Assembly (NCBI GenBank): GCA_043747615.1
Contig: JAYTOU010000077.1
Span: 64,826-128,825 of the forward strand
Length of the DNA stretch: 64,000 bases
From: Myxococcales bacterium
GTDB lineage: Bacteria > Myxococcota_A > Polyangia > Polyangiales > Polyangiaceae
Reading direction: 5' to 3'
Below, one piece after another: positions 31,617 to 41,448 of the stretch. The position numbers and the translations under genes were made by a program. Positions within the stretch are counted from its first letter, which is position 1; every line of letters begins with the position of its first letter. The notes beneath the pieces are model-generated. The model did no database searches and was not told the origin of the DNA. It saw nothing but the letters and a program-made list of their open reading frames with translations.

Positions 31617-32876
31617 TTGAATCAAACCACTGCGATCACCGAAGAGCTAAAAAAGGCTCTCGCCGCCGAAGAAGGGGGAAGACGCTGGCTTCGTAGAGGC
31701 GCGGTTGCCGGGGCGATTGCGCTCGCCATCGGAGCGGGGCTGGTGTGGCGCACCAAGCACCGTCCGCCGCCGGCCGCCAGGTACGTCACCCAAGCGACGA
31801 CGGTGGGCGACGTGCTCGAAAAAGTCCAGGCCACCGGTGCGGTGCAGCCCGTGCTCTCGGTCAACGTCGGCGCCCAGGCGAACGGTCGGGTGACGCGGGT
31901 TCTCGTCGACTTCAACTCCGTCGTTAGAAAAGGGGACGTGCTCGCAGAGATCGACTCCACGCTTTACGGCGCGCAGGTCTCGCAGCAGCAGGCCTCGCTC
32001 GCCGGACAGAGGGCCCAGATGGTGAGCGCACACGCCTCCGCCGACACCGCCAAGATTGCCTACGAACGCGTGCAGAAGCTCTTCGCCCAAAATCTCGCGA
32101 GCAAGGCGGACGTCGACACCTTGAAGGGGCAATACGACATCGCGGCGGCCAACGTGAACGGCGGGCAAGCGTCTATCGACGCTGTCGAAGCGCAGCTCGT
32201 CGCGTCGCGAACCAACGTCGGCTACACGAAAATTTATTCGCCTGTCGATGGCGTCGTCGTCACCCGTTCGATCGATCCGGGTCAGACCGTGCAGGCGAGC
32301 TTCCAGACCCCGACCCTCTTCGTGATCGCCCAGGATCTGAGGCGAATGCGGGTGATGGCCGATGTCGACGAGGCCGACGTCGGGAAGCTGAAAGAGCACA
32401 TGGACACCGACGCGGTGGTCGACGCTTTCCCGGGCGACGTGTTTCACGGCCTCGTCCAGCAGCTGCGCTTCAGCCCCAACAACGTGGCAGGTGTCGTCAC
32501 CTACTCGGCGGTGGTCGAGGTGGCGAACCCCGAAGAGAAGCTCCGTCCCGGAATGACGGCTACGGTGACCATCAAGACCCACGAGGCCAAAGCGGTGACG
32601 AAGCTGCCGAACGCTGCGCTTCGTTACAAACCGTCGCCTCCGGAAGTCGATGGAAAGCCCGTACCGCAGCCGCCCGAGCAGCCCCTCGCGAAAGGTACCG
32701 GGCGCGTCTTCCTGCTCACGAACGACAAACCGGGTGAAGAAAAAGCGGAGCCGAGGATCATCTCGATCGGGATCACCGACGGCATCTCCACCGAGGTCAC
32801 GAAGGATTCGCTCCCCGTTGGCGCGAAGGTCGTCACCGACGAGCACGACAAAGAGAAGAAAAAGGGCCCGTTCTAG
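31617..32876 (+). CDS. MacA-like periplasmic adaptor (membrane fusion protein)
   Basis: VNVGAQANG, IYSPVDGVVV, VDEADVG and LRPGMTATV; N-terminal TM. Confidence 0.92.
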   Translation: MNQTTAITEELKKALAAEEGGRRWLRRGAVAGAIALAIGAGLVWRTKHRPPPAARYVTQATTVGDVLEKVQATGAVQPVLSVNVGAQANGRVTRVLVDFNSVVRKGDVLAEIDSTLYGAQVSQQQASLAGQRAQMVSAHASADTAKIAYERVQKLFAQNLASKADVDTLKGQYDIAAANVNGGQASIDAVEAQLVASRTNVGYTKIYSPVDGVVVTRSIDPGQTVQASFQTPTLFVIAQDLRRMRVMADVDEADVGKLKEHMDTDAVVDAFPGDVFHGLVQQLRFSPNNVAGVVTYSAVVEVANPEEKLRPGMTATVTIKTHEAKAVTKLPNAALRYKPSPPEVDGKPVPQPPEQPLAKGTGRVFLLTNDKPGEEKAEPRIISIGITDGISTEVTKDSLPVGAKVVTDEHDKEKKKGPF

Positions 32877-32888
32877 GTCGAGCCCGAC

Positions 32889-34187
32889 GTGAGCAACGAG
32901 CCCATCGACGAGCCGCTGATCGTCCTGAACAAAGTCTCCAAAGACTATGTTTCGGGGGCGGGCGTGGTGCGCGCGCTTCGCGACGTGAACCTCACGATCG
33001 AGCGAGGTGAGTTCGTCGCCATCGTCGGCACCAGCGGATCCGGCAAGTCGACGCTCATGAACATTCTCGGGTGCCTCGATCGGCCAACGCGGGGAACGTA
33101 CCGCCTCGCGGGGCTCGACGTGGGCGACCGCACCAACGACGGCCGCGCACTGGTCCGCAATCGGCTCATTGGGTTCATCTTTCAGGGCTTCAACCTCCTG
33201 CCCCGCACGACGGCGCTGGAGAATTGCGAGCTGCCGCTGCAGTACCGCGGGGTGGGCGGCGCGGATCGCCGGCGCCGGGCCATCGCTTCGCTCGATGCCG
33301 TCGGTCTCGCCGATCGCGTGCATCACACACCTAATCAGCTCTCCGGCGGACAGCAGCAGCGGGTGGCGATCGCCCGCGCGCTGGTGACCGATCCGCCGCT
33401 TCTCCTCGCAGACGAGCCCACTGGAAATCTCGACACGCGCACGAGCTACGAGGTGCTCGCGCTCCTCCAGCGTCTCAATCGCGATCTCAAGATCACCGTG
33501 TGCATCGTGACCCACGAGCACGACATTGCGGCCTGCGCTTCCCGGGTGATCCACGTCAAGGACGGGAAAATTCAGAGCGACACGATCCAAAACGACCCGC
33601 GTGATGCCGCCCGCGCGCTCGCCGAGCTTCCTCCGCCCGCCGAGCTCGATGCAGCCCCTGCAAGCGCCGGTGAAGATCACGGAGATGCGCTCGAAGCACT
33701 CCGCCGCCGCCTCGGCGGGCCAGTCCCCATCAAGATTTACGCGCTCGCCTTCTTCGGGTTCGCCGTCGGAGCGCTGCTTGGAACGCTCTACGACACGCTC
33801 GTTCTCGGCGAAGGGGGGCCCATCATCCCCGCCGTCGCGGCCGTGCTCACCGAGACCTGGCTCGTCTCGCGAACCTCGAAGAGCCATTTCGGTCGCCCCA
33901 TGACGGACGATCAACGCGCGCGTTTCTCGCTCGCGTACTCCGTGGCTTTTGCGACGTTGGCGAGTGGGCTGGGCGCCTGGCTCTATCTACCGAAGGCGCC
34001 GTCGTGGGTGACCGACCGCGTCGATGCGCTCGCTTCCCCTGGCGTCGCGGTGGCGCTGCTGCTCGTAGGGCTGCTGATCGCGACGACGGCGCTTCTGCGC
34101 TTCCTCCTCCTCTCCCTCTTGTCGCCCGACAGCTCCTTCACGGCCTGGCGTGCGAGCGCCCACGTTACGCCTCCGCCCGAGGAGTAG
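32889..34187 (+). CDS. MacB/LolD-type ABC ATPase with an extra C-terminal membrane domain
   Basis: [22 protein letters not shown] and [10 protein letters not shown]; about 150-aa hydrophobic extension. Confidence 0.9.
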   Translation: MSNEPIDEPLIVLNKVSKDYVSGAGVVRALRDVNLTIERGEFVAIVGTSGSGKSTLMNILGCLDRPTRGTYRLAGLDVGDRTNDGRALVRNRLIGFIFQGFNLLPRTTALENCELPLQYRGVGGADRRRRAIASLDAVGLADRVHHTPNQLSGGQQQRVAIARALVTDPPLLLADEPTGNLDTRTSYEVLALLQRLNRDLKITVCIVTHEHDIAACASRVIHVKDGKIQSDTIQNDPRDAARALAELPPPAELDAAPASAGEDHGDALEALRRRLGGPVPIKIYALAFFGFAVGALLGTLYDTLVLGEGGPIIPAVAAVLTETWLVSRTSKSHFGRPMTDDQRARFSLAYSVAFATLASGLGAWLYLPKAPSWVTDRVDALASPGVAVALLLVGLLIATTALLRFLLLSLLSPDSSFTAWRASAHVTPPPEE

Positions 34188-34235
34188 GTCGCATGATGTT
34201 TATCACGCGACACAGTCTCCCGAAGGTCGTCTAGC

Positions 34236-35453
34236 GTGGGCATTCTCCTCAACGCCATTCGCTTGGCCTTCGTTTCGATTGCCCGGAACGGCACGCGTTC
34301 GCTCCTGACCGTGCTCGGGATTCTCATCGGAGTAGCGGCGGTGGTGACGGTGACCGCGCTGGCTTCGGCCGCCGCGTCCCGGGTCGGCGATCAGCTCGAC
34401 GGCTTTGCCTCGAACGCCATCTTCGTCGAGCCGCGTCCGTCGCAGACCGGAGGAATGAAAAAAACGGGCGCTCGCCTCACGGAGAACGACGCCAAAGCCA
34501 TCGCCCGCGAAGCGGTGAGCGTCTCGGCCGTAGCCGTTTTCTTGAGCACGCAGGGGCAGGTGGTGCGCGCCGAGAAGAACGTCTCCACTTTTATCGTCGG
34601 CGTGAATTTGCCTTATTTTCAAGTGCGGAAGTTCACCGTCAGCCACGGCGAGATGTGGACGGAGAGCGACGAGCTCTTGAAGACCAAGGTCTGCGTGATC
34701 GGAGCGACGGTGGCAAAAGCGCTCTTCCCCGGCGAAGACCCGGTGGGCCAGACCATTCGCGTCGGACGCTCGCCCTACCGGGTGATCGGTGTCCTCGATC
34801 CCCGCGGCACGTCCACCTTCGGGGACGACCAAGACGATCGAGTGATGATGCCGATCGGGAGCTTGCGCACGCGAATCATGCACACCTTTCCGGGCCGCGC
34901 CGATCAGATCATGGCAAGCGCGAGCTCCGCCGACACCACGGTGCGCGCACAGAAACAGATCGAGTCGATATTGCGCCACACCCACCGCATCCCCCAAGGC
35001 TTCGACAACGATTTCAACGTGCGATCGCAGGCCGAGTTTCGCGCTACCGAAGAGGGCATCGCCACGGTTCTGTCGGCGCTCCTCCTGGCCGTCGCCGGGG
35101 TGAGCCTCCTCGTCGGCGGAGTGGGCGTGATGAACATCATGCTGGTGAGCGTCTCCGAGCGAACGCGGGAGATCGGCATTCGCATGTCCATCGGCGCGCG
35201 CGAGGGGGACATTCGCACCCAATTTCTCGTCGAGGCGGTGGCACTCAGTCTCGTCGGCGGGCTGGCGGGCGTCGTCCTCGGTGTGAGCGGAACCTACGCG
35301 ATCGGTCGCGCGCTCGACTGGCCCGTGACTCCGAGCGGGGCGGCCCTGGCCGTCGCTTTGGGCACGAGCGGTGCCATCGGAATCGTCTTTGGATTTTTGC
35401 CCGCCCGCCGCGCTGCGAAGATGGATCCCATCGACGCGCTGAGGGCCGACTGA
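34236..35453 (+). CDS. MacB/FtsX-type ABC permease
   Basis: SLLTVLGILIGVAAV, VGGVGVMNIMLVSVSERTREIGIR and PARRAAKMDPIDALR. Confidence 0.93.
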   Translation: MGILLNAIRLAFVSIARNGTRSLLTVLGILIGVAAVVTVTALASAAASRVGDQLDGFASNAIFVEPRPSQTGGMKKTGARLTENDAKAIAREAVSVSAVAVFLSTQGQVVRAEKNVSTFIVGVNLPYFQVRKFTVSHGEMWTESDELLKTKVCVIGATVAKALFPGEDPVGQTIRVGRSPYRVIGVLDPRGTSTFGDDQDDRVMMPIGSLRTRIMHTFPGRADQIMASASSADTTVRAQKQIESILRHTHRIPQGFDNDFNVRSQAEFRATEEGIATVLSALLLAVAGVSLLVGGVGVMNIMLVSVSERTREIGIRMSIGAREGDIRTQFLVEAVALSLVGGLAGVVLGVSGTYAIGRALDWPVTPSGAALAVALGTSGAIGIVFGFLPARRAAKMDPIDALRAD

Positions 35454-35454
35454 G

Positions 35455-36672
35455 ATGAACACGCTTCTCGTCGCAGTGCGATTGGCGTTTCGTTCCATCC
35501 AGCGGAACGCGCTGCGAGCGGCCCTCACCGTTCTCGGAATTCTCATCGGCGTGGCGTCGGTGACCACGGTGACCGCGCTCGGCGCAGGCGCGCGGGGATC
35601 GGTGGGGAAACAGCTCGACGCGGTGGGCTCGAACGTCATCTACGTTTTCCCGGAGAGCGCCGTCGCCTCCGGCGCCCGTGGCAAAGCGGGCGCTCGCCTC
35701 ACGGAAGAGGACGGTCGGGCGATCAAGCGTGACGCGGTGAGCGTGGCCCAGGCCAGCTGGGAGATGGGCTCGCGCATCCAGGTCGTCTCCGGGGACAGCA
35801 ACACGCTCGTCGCAGCGGTCGGCGCGATCCTCCCTTACTTCGAAATCCACAACTGGAAGTTCGCGCGCGGCGAGCCATGGACCGAGCACGACGAGGCCAC
35901 CAAAGCGAAGGTGTGCGTGATCGGCGAGACCGTGCGCGCCCAATTGTTCGGGACGGAAGATCCGGTGGGACACACCATCCGCATGGGGCGTTACCCCTAC
36001 CGAATCATAGGTCTCCTCGAGCCGAAGGGAGAGATCTTCGGGCAAGATCAAGACAACGTCGTCGTCACTCCCCTCGCCGGATTTCGCTCGCGCTTCACGC
36101 GCGGCGGACCAGGCCAAGTGAACCTCATTCTATTGTCGTCGACTTCGTCCGACACGACGGATCGCGCCATCGAACAGGTAACGGCCATCTTGCGCCAGCG
36201 CCATCACATCGGCGAAGGACACAAGGAAGATTTCGGCGTTCGAGCTCAGCAACAGTTTCAGGAGATGCAGGCCACCATCTTCAGCGTGCTCACGCTCCTT
36301 CTCGTTTCGGTCGCGGCGATCAGCCTCTTGGTCGGAGGCATCGGGATCATGAACATCATGCTCGTGAGCGTCACCGAGCGAACGCGCGAGATCGGAATTC
36401 GCATGGCCATCGGCGCCCGCGAGAACGATATTCGCACGCAGTTTCTCGTGGAGGCGGTGGTGCTGTCGCTTCTCGGCGGCCTCGCGGGGGCAGCGCTCGG
36501 AACGGGGGCGATCGCGGCGCTGGGCAAAGTGCTCCATTGGCCAATGAGCGTGAGCCCGACAGCCCTGGGGATCAGCGCGGCCGTGAGCGCGGTCATCGGG
36601 ATCGCCTTCGGATTTTTCCCGGCACGCCGTGCTTCGAAGATGGATCCCATCGTCGCGCTGAGGCACGAGTAG
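35455..36672 (+). CDS. MacB/FtsX-type ABC permease (second paralogue)
   Basis: LTVLGILIGVASV, VGGIGIMNIMLVSVTERTREIGIR and DPIVALRHE. Confidence 0.93.
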   Translation: MNTLLVAVRLAFRSIQRNALRAALTVLGILIGVASVTTVTALGAGARGSVGKQLDAVGSNVIYVFPESAVASGARGKAGARLTEEDGRAIKRDAVSVAQASWEMGSRIQVVSGDSNTLVAAVGAILPYFEIHNWKFARGEPWTEHDEATKAKVCVIGETVRAQLFGTEDPVGHTIRMGRYPYRIIGLLEPKGEIFGQDQDNVVVTPLAGFRSRFTRGGPGQVNLILLSSTSSDTTDRAIEQVTAILRQRHHIGEGHKEDFGVRAQQQFQEMQATIFSVLTLLLVSVAAISLLVGGIGIMNIMLVSVTERTREIGIRMAIGARENDIRTQFLVEAVVLSLLGGLAGAALGTGAIAALGKVLHWPMSVSPTALGISAAVSAVIGIAFGFFPARRASKMDPIVALRHE

Positions 36673-36699
36673 AGCGCGCGCTGGGCGATCAGGATCGCT

Positions 36700-38463
36700 C
36701 TACTGGATAGCGATTGCGTGTGCGCCGCCGGCCGGAACTTTGACGAGCAGGGTCCGCGTGCTCGGGTCGTAGATGAATCCCGTCGTGGCTCCGTCGAGGG
36801 TCACGCCCGCTGGCTTGGCGTCGGCCCGCACGCGCAAGAGGAGGGGACGAAGAGCGCGGTCCATCGTGATTTCTGCGCCGCCCCCGACGGAACGTGCTGT
36901 GAGAACGGTGACCTTGTCGTCTTCGTCGTGAAGGCGGAACGTGCTGGGGAGACCCGGAAAAACGAGGACGGTAAGCGATCCCTTCGACCCCGCGTCTCCG
37001 ATCTTCGTCACGTCGTCCTCGACGTCGACCGGGACGATGGAGCCCTCGCGCACGAAGAGAGGGATCTTGCTCCTATCGGTGGCGTCGTACGCCGTGAGCA
37101 CCGTCCCTCCGTCGATGCTCGCCGCACCTTGGTTGAACCAGTCGTACCAGCGCGCACCCGCGGGAAGCGCGATGTTGCGAGTCCCAGTTGCGTCGAGGAT
37201 CGGAGCCACGAGGAACGCTTGACCGAGCATGAAGCGGTAGTCGTTCGGCCACGCTGCAGCCTCGCCGATCGGAGAGAGGATTGCGCCGGACCCCGCGTAC
37301 GCCTCTTCGGCCAGGCTGTAGAAGAAGGGAATCAGCTCGTGATGGAGCTTCGCCCAGTAGCGGTAGATCGCTACCGTCTCGTCGGCGCGATCGGGGACCG
37401 TCCACGGGGCGACGTTGGCGCGACCGTGCAGCTGCATGAACGGAGAGAGCGCGCCCATCGCGACCCAGCGGGCAAATACGGCTTGATCGAATGGGATCTG
37501 CGGGCCGAGCAGATTCTTGTCGTCACGATCGAGGTAGCCGCCGATGTCGGATCCGACCACTACGTACCCCGCGCGCGCGGACACGAACATCTCGTTCAGC
37601 GCATCGGCGAGGCCAAACCAGTCGCGACGGTTGTCCCCCATCCACGTCACCGGCGCGTGCTCCCGCCGCGCGTAGAAGCGCCCTGGAAAATCGTAAGACT
37701 CGTCCCATGCGCGGGTCATCGTGAGAAATTCTCTGCCTCGACGTTTCGCTCCGTATGCGAGAAAATCGCGGTAGTACTCCTCCGAATATTCCTGGATCGA
37801 CTTGTCGCCCGCCTTGGTCGCGAGCGTAGTCGGCTTGATGTAGTTCTCCGCAAAATCGAGCTTCCAGCCATCGATGCCGGCCTCGAGCACGGGATCCTGC
37901 TGGCGATGCCACCACGCGGCCGCCGACGGGTTGAAGAAGTCGACCGCCGAGCCGAATCCCTTCCACCAGAAGAACGTTGCGCTGTCGCTGACGTAATATT
38001 TGCACGCGACCCCCGCCTCGTAGTTGGGCGACTCACCGACGTACGTGCCTGCCCCCGGCTCCAGGTCGATCCCGGACGTGTTCACCATCGGCACGATCCA
38101 CAGCACCACTTTGACCCCGCGGGCGTGCATGTCAGACACCAACCCGGGAAAATCCCCGTAGCGGGTGGGGCTCGGGACGAAGGTGTTGTAGTGCGTCTCC
38201 CAGGGGCTATCGAGGACCACCGTTCCAACCGGGATATCGCGATCGCGAAAGCCCTGGACGAAGGCGTACGTGTCGTCGCGGCTCGAGATGTCCTTGGAAA
38301 TCCACGGCTCGAATGCCCACCTCGGCGTGTGAATTGGTGGCGCGGTGAGCTGCTCCGTGTCGGTCCGCACGCACGGATCGCCGGGTTTCGACGAGTCTTT
38401 CGCGCACGCCGCGGCAAGGACGACGATGGCAAGTGCAAGATGGGAAAGAGAGCGCTGCCGCAT
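36700..38463 (-). CDS. Glycoside hydrolase family 31 lipoprotein
   Basis: Lipobox AAAC; GIDGWKLDF (nucleophile), WMGDN, GSDIGGY and FMLGQAFLVAP. Confidence 0.88.
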   Translation of the reverse strand: MRQRSLSHLALAIVVLAAACAKDSSKPGDPCVRTDTEQLTAPPIHTPRWAFEPWISKDISSRDDTYAFVQGFRDRDIPVGTVVLDSPWETHYNTFVPSPTRYGDFPGLVSDMHARGVKVVLWIVPMVNTSGIDLEPGAGTYVGESPNYEAGVACKYYVSDSATFFWWKGFGSAVDFFNPSAAAWWHRQQDPVLEAGIDGWKLDFAENYIKPTTLATKAGDKSIQEYSEEYYRDFLAYGAKRRGREFLTMTRAWDESYDFPGRFYARREHAPVTWMGDNRRDWFGLADALNEMFVSARAGYVVVGSDIGGYLDRDDKNLLGPQIPFDQAVFARWVAMGALSPFMQLHGRANVAPWTVPDRADETVAIYRYWAKLHHELIPFFYSLAEEAYAGSGAILSPIGEAAAWPNDYRFMLGQAFLVAPILDATGTRNIALPAGARWYDWFNQGAASIDGGTVLTAYDATDRSKIPLFVREGSIVPVDVEDDVTKIGDAGSKGSLTVLVFPGLPSTFRLHDEDDKVTVLTARSVGGGAEITMDRALRPLLLRVRADAKPAGVTLDGATTGFIYDPSTRTLLVKVPAGGAHAIAIQ

Positions 38464-38558
38464 GGGGGGATCGTCGCTTCAAGGGCGCCGGAAGGCCATC
38501 AATTCTATCGTGATGCCAGATTTGATTTGCTTCTCGGCCCCACAGACGCGAGGAGTGC

Positions 38559-38999
38559 ATGCACATGCAGACGTTCCGCTTTCCGTGGGAGGAGCTCGAC
38601 GAGGACAAGCTTGCGACATTGGTGACGAAGGTCGCCAAGACGTTCGAGGGGGTCGTGGCCACGCGAACGCCTGACAAGCTCGATCCCGAGCGCGAGAAGT
38701 ACGTCCGACCCGACGCCGATGACGACGACGACGACGATGACGACGACGAAGAAGACGAAGGGCCGATCTGGTACTTCGGGTTTCCGACCGGCGCGCCGAC
38801 CACGGGAAAAAAAGGCACCGGCGCGAAATACGCTTGGGCCGCCGTCCATTTCAGCGAAGCCGAAGAAAGCGACGACGAGGACGACGAAGCCCAGTGCGGC
38901 GGCTGGTTCGAGGACGTAGATCCCCGCTGTGAAGACGCCTTTCTCGATCTGATCGCCGAGCTCGTCGATCGCCTCGGCGGCGAGCTCGACGAGGTCTAG
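38559..38999 (+). CDS. Highly acidic hypothetical protein with poly-Asp tract
   Basis: AGGAG SD; DADDDDDDDDDDEEDE tract; fills the intergenic gap. Confidence 0.7.
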   Translation: MHMQTFRFPWEELDEDKLATLVTKVAKTFEGVVATRTPDKLDPEREKYVRPDADDDDDDDDDDEEDEGPIWYFGFPTGAPTTGKKGTGAKYAWAAVHFSEAEESDDEDDEAQCGGWFEDVDPRCEDAFLDLIAELVDRLGGELDEV

Positions 39000-39619
39000 T
39001 CCCCCGAAACCTGCACGGCGTAGCTGCCTTCGCCGGCGCCGACGCTCACCTTGATCTGCGCGTCGTCTGCTGTGGTGAAGCAGATGGCTCCGTCTTCGAG
39101 GACGATCGCGCGCGGGGCATCGGTGCGGGCTTCGACCGCGACCCCACCTTCGGAGTCCGTGATGAAGATTTCCATGTTCTTGATCGCCGGGGCGGACGCC
39201 GCGTACAGGCGGTAGCAATGGTTGGCCTCGGCCTTCAGCTTGAAAGACTGGGCGGGGGCGCCTTGGGCCTGCGTATTTTTTAGCGGTGCGCCGAGTAGAT
39301 GCATTTTCGTGATCGCCTGGCAGGCTTTTGCGAGCGACGTCACGTCGGCGTCGAGATCCGCAGACGAGGCACGTGCTGCGGAGCACGATGCCCACTCCGG
39401 ATGCATGCGCTTGGAAGCCTTTTTCGAGCCGAATTGGAAGGCCGGCGGCATCTTCGCCATCGGCACGTCGGAAACGAACGCGGCGACGGGCGCGGCGGAC
39501 GACAGGGGAGCACCACCTTCGGCAACGGCGGCCGCCGGGATCGGGACCGCGCCCACCGCGCGTGGCTTCCCCCCGCCGCAGCCGATCGCGAGCACCATCA
39601 CCATCCATCGTCCGCGCAT
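38996..39619 (-). CDS. Hypothetical lipoprotein
   Basis: Lipobox AIGC; C-terminal beta domain (HCYRLYA..GSYAVQV). Confidence 0.75.
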   Translation of the reverse strand: MRGRWMVMVLAIGCGGGKPRAVGAVPIPAAAVAEGGAPLSSAAPVAAFVSDVPMAKMPPAFQFGSKKASKRMHPEWASCSAARASSADLDADVTSLAKACQAITKMHLLGAPLKNTQAQGAPAQSFKLKAEANHCYRLYAASAPAIKNMEIFITDSEGGVAVEARTDAPRAIVLEDGAICFTTADDAQIKVSVGAGEGSYAVQVSGD

Positions 39620-39653
39620 CGGATCACCTTATCTCATGTGCTAAGCCGGCGCT

Positions 39654-40655
39654 GTGACGACGACCCGCACGCTCCAGGTGAACCCTCTGTCTCCCGAGCC
39701 CAGCGTCATTGCCCAGGCGGTGGAGATCTTGAAGCGGGGAGGGCTCGTAGCGTTTCCGACCGAGACGGTCTACGGCCTCGGTGGTCGCGCGCTCGACGAG
39801 GCGGCGATCGAGCGCATTTTTCAGGCAAAAGGGCGTCCGGCGCGTCATCCGATCATTGCCCACGTCGAAGGCGAAGAGGGAGCCCGTGGCCTATCGGCGG
39901 AATGGACTGAGCGCGCTTCGCGTCTGGCGCGTGCGTTCTGGCCGGGTCCCCTGACGCTCGTGGTTCCGCGTGGTCACGCGCTGCCCTCGTCCATCTCTGG
40001 CGGCACCGATTCGATCGCCATCCGTGCCCCGGCCCACCCCGTCGCGCGTGCTCTTCTCGCGATGCTCGGGGAACCGCTCGCCGCGCCAAGCGCAAATCGC
40101 TACCAGTCGCTCTCACCGACGCTCGCCGAGCACGTCTTGAAGTCGCTCGGCGGAAGATTCGATCTCCTCCTCGACGCAGGTCCGTGTGCCGCGGGCATCG
40201 AGTCGACGGTCGTCGACGTGCGCGGTGATCGCTCACGCATTCTTCGGCCAGGGGCCCTCGATCTGCTGCAAATAAAGGCAGTTGATGCGTCTGTCGAGCT
40301 CACGAGCTCCACGGCTGCGGAAGACGAAGAACGTCCGTCACCGGGGATGGACGCACGTCACTACGCGCCTCGCGCTCGGCTCATCGTGGCCCCCGATGCC
40401 GAAGCCGTGGACGTGGCGCGAAAGCATCTCGAGGGCGGCGCCCGGGTTGGCCTGGTGATCCGTGGCGCCGAGACCGCGATTTCCGGAGTGACGGTGCGCA
40501 CGTTGTCGTTCGATCCCAAGAAGTACGCGTCTGCTCTTTTTGCGACCCTCCACGCCCTCGACGATCATGGGTGCGACGTCATCGTCGTCGCCGATCCGCC
40601 GGCCGAGGAACGGTGGCTTGCGGTGCGCGATCGCCTAGCCCGGGCGGGCTCTTGA
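39654..40655 (+). CDS. sua5: L-threonylcarbamoyladenylate synthase (Sua5-type)
   Basis: VAFPTETVYGLG, KGRP, FWPGPLT, APSAN, GIESTVVD and SPGMDARHYAP. Confidence 0.95.
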   Translation: MTTTRTLQVNPLSPEPSVIAQAVEILKRGGLVAFPTETVYGLGGRALDEAAIERIFQAKGRPARHPIIAHVEGEEGARGLSAEWTERASRLARAFWPGPLTLVVPRGHALPSSISGGTDSIAIRAPAHPVARALLAMLGEPLAAPSANRYQSLSPTLAEHVLKSLGGRFDLLLDAGPCAAGIESTVVDVRGDRSRILRPGALDLLQIKAVDASVELTSSTAAEDEERPSPGMDARHYAPRARLIVAPDAEAVDVARKHLEGGARVGLVIRGAETAISGVTVRTLSFDPKKYASALFATLHALDDHGCDVIVVADPPAEERWLAVRDRLARAGS

Positions 40656-40680
40656 AGGCCAATTGCTTTAGGTCTATAGC
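40652..40680 (+). promoter_or_regulatory. Putative promoter TTGAAG-N17-TATAGC overlapped by the imperfect palindrome GCTTTAG-GT-CTATAGC (candidate MarR operator)
   Basis: Palindrome at 40665-40680 (6/7 arm match) ends 6 nt before ATG 40687; the operon contains a MarR gene. Confidence 0.5.
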
Positions 40681-40686
40681 TTCGTC

Positions 40687-41448
40687 ATGAGCCTGTCAGG
40701 CCGCGTGGCCCTCGTCACCGGAGGAGGAAAAGGCCTCGGCGAAGCAATCGCCCGCCGCCTCGCCGCCGAAGGTGCCAAGGTGGCCGTCCTCGGTCGCGAC
40801 ACGGTCGCCCTCCACGCCGTCGCGCGGTCCATCGAGGGTCTCGCCCTCGAGGCAGACGTCACCGATCACCGGGCGGTCGAAGCCGCCGTCGCGAAAGTGA
40901 ACTCGGCCTGGGGAGGCATCGCGATCCTCGTGCAAAACGCGGGGATCGCGGAGAGCGCCAAGCTCGAGGACACGACGGACGAAATTTGGGATCACCTCTT
41001 CGCGGTCAACGTCACCTCCGCGTTTCGCATCGCGCGGACCGTCGCTCCGGGAATGGTGAAGGCGGGATTCGGGCGCATCGTGCACGTGGCCTCGAACGCG
41101 GGGCTCACCGGGTACGCCTTCACCTCCGCCTACTGCGCGTCGAAGCATGCGCTCGTGGGGCTCACCCGGGCCCTCGCCGTGGAGCTCGCTCGCACGGGGG
41201 TCACCGTGAACGCGGTGTGCCCGGGCTTCGTCGACACCGAGATGTCGGCGCGCGCCGTCCGCGCCATCTCCGAAAAAACAGGTCGCTCGCCGGAGCTTGC
41301 GCGAAAAGCGCTCGAGGATCTGAGCCCGCAGAGGCGGCTCGTCCTGGTCGACGAAGTCGCACACATCGTGGCGATGCTCTGCGATGATCGCGCACGCTCG
41401 GTAAACGGTCAGGCCATAGCCATCGACGGGGGACAGGTGACGAAATGA
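40687..41448 (+). CDS. Short-chain dehydrogenase/reductase
   Basis: TGGGKGLG, NAG, YCASK and VCPGFVDT. Confidence 0.93.
   Translation: MSLSGRVALVTGGGKGLGEAIARRLAAEGAKVAVLGRDTVALHAVARSIEGLALEADVTDHRAVEAAVAKVNSAWGGIAILVQNAGIAESAKLEDTTDEIWDHLFAVNVTSAFRIARTVAPGMVKAGFGRIVHVASNAGLTGYAFTSAYCASKHALVGLTRALAVELARTGVTVNAVCPGFVDTEMSARAVRAISEKTGRSPELARKALEDLSPQRRLVLVDEVAHIVAMLCDDRARSVNGQAIAIDGGQVTK

Noticed and set aside
31647..33914. 755-aa antisense ORF (also 44448-46583, 18459-20567, 36718-38625, 22849-24468)
   Set aside because: Shadow ORFs opposite well-supported genes, expected at high GC; no recognisable motifs.
34236..36672. Direct repeat or assembly duplication
   Set aside because: The two permeases are clearly diverged paralogues, similar only in conserved motifs.
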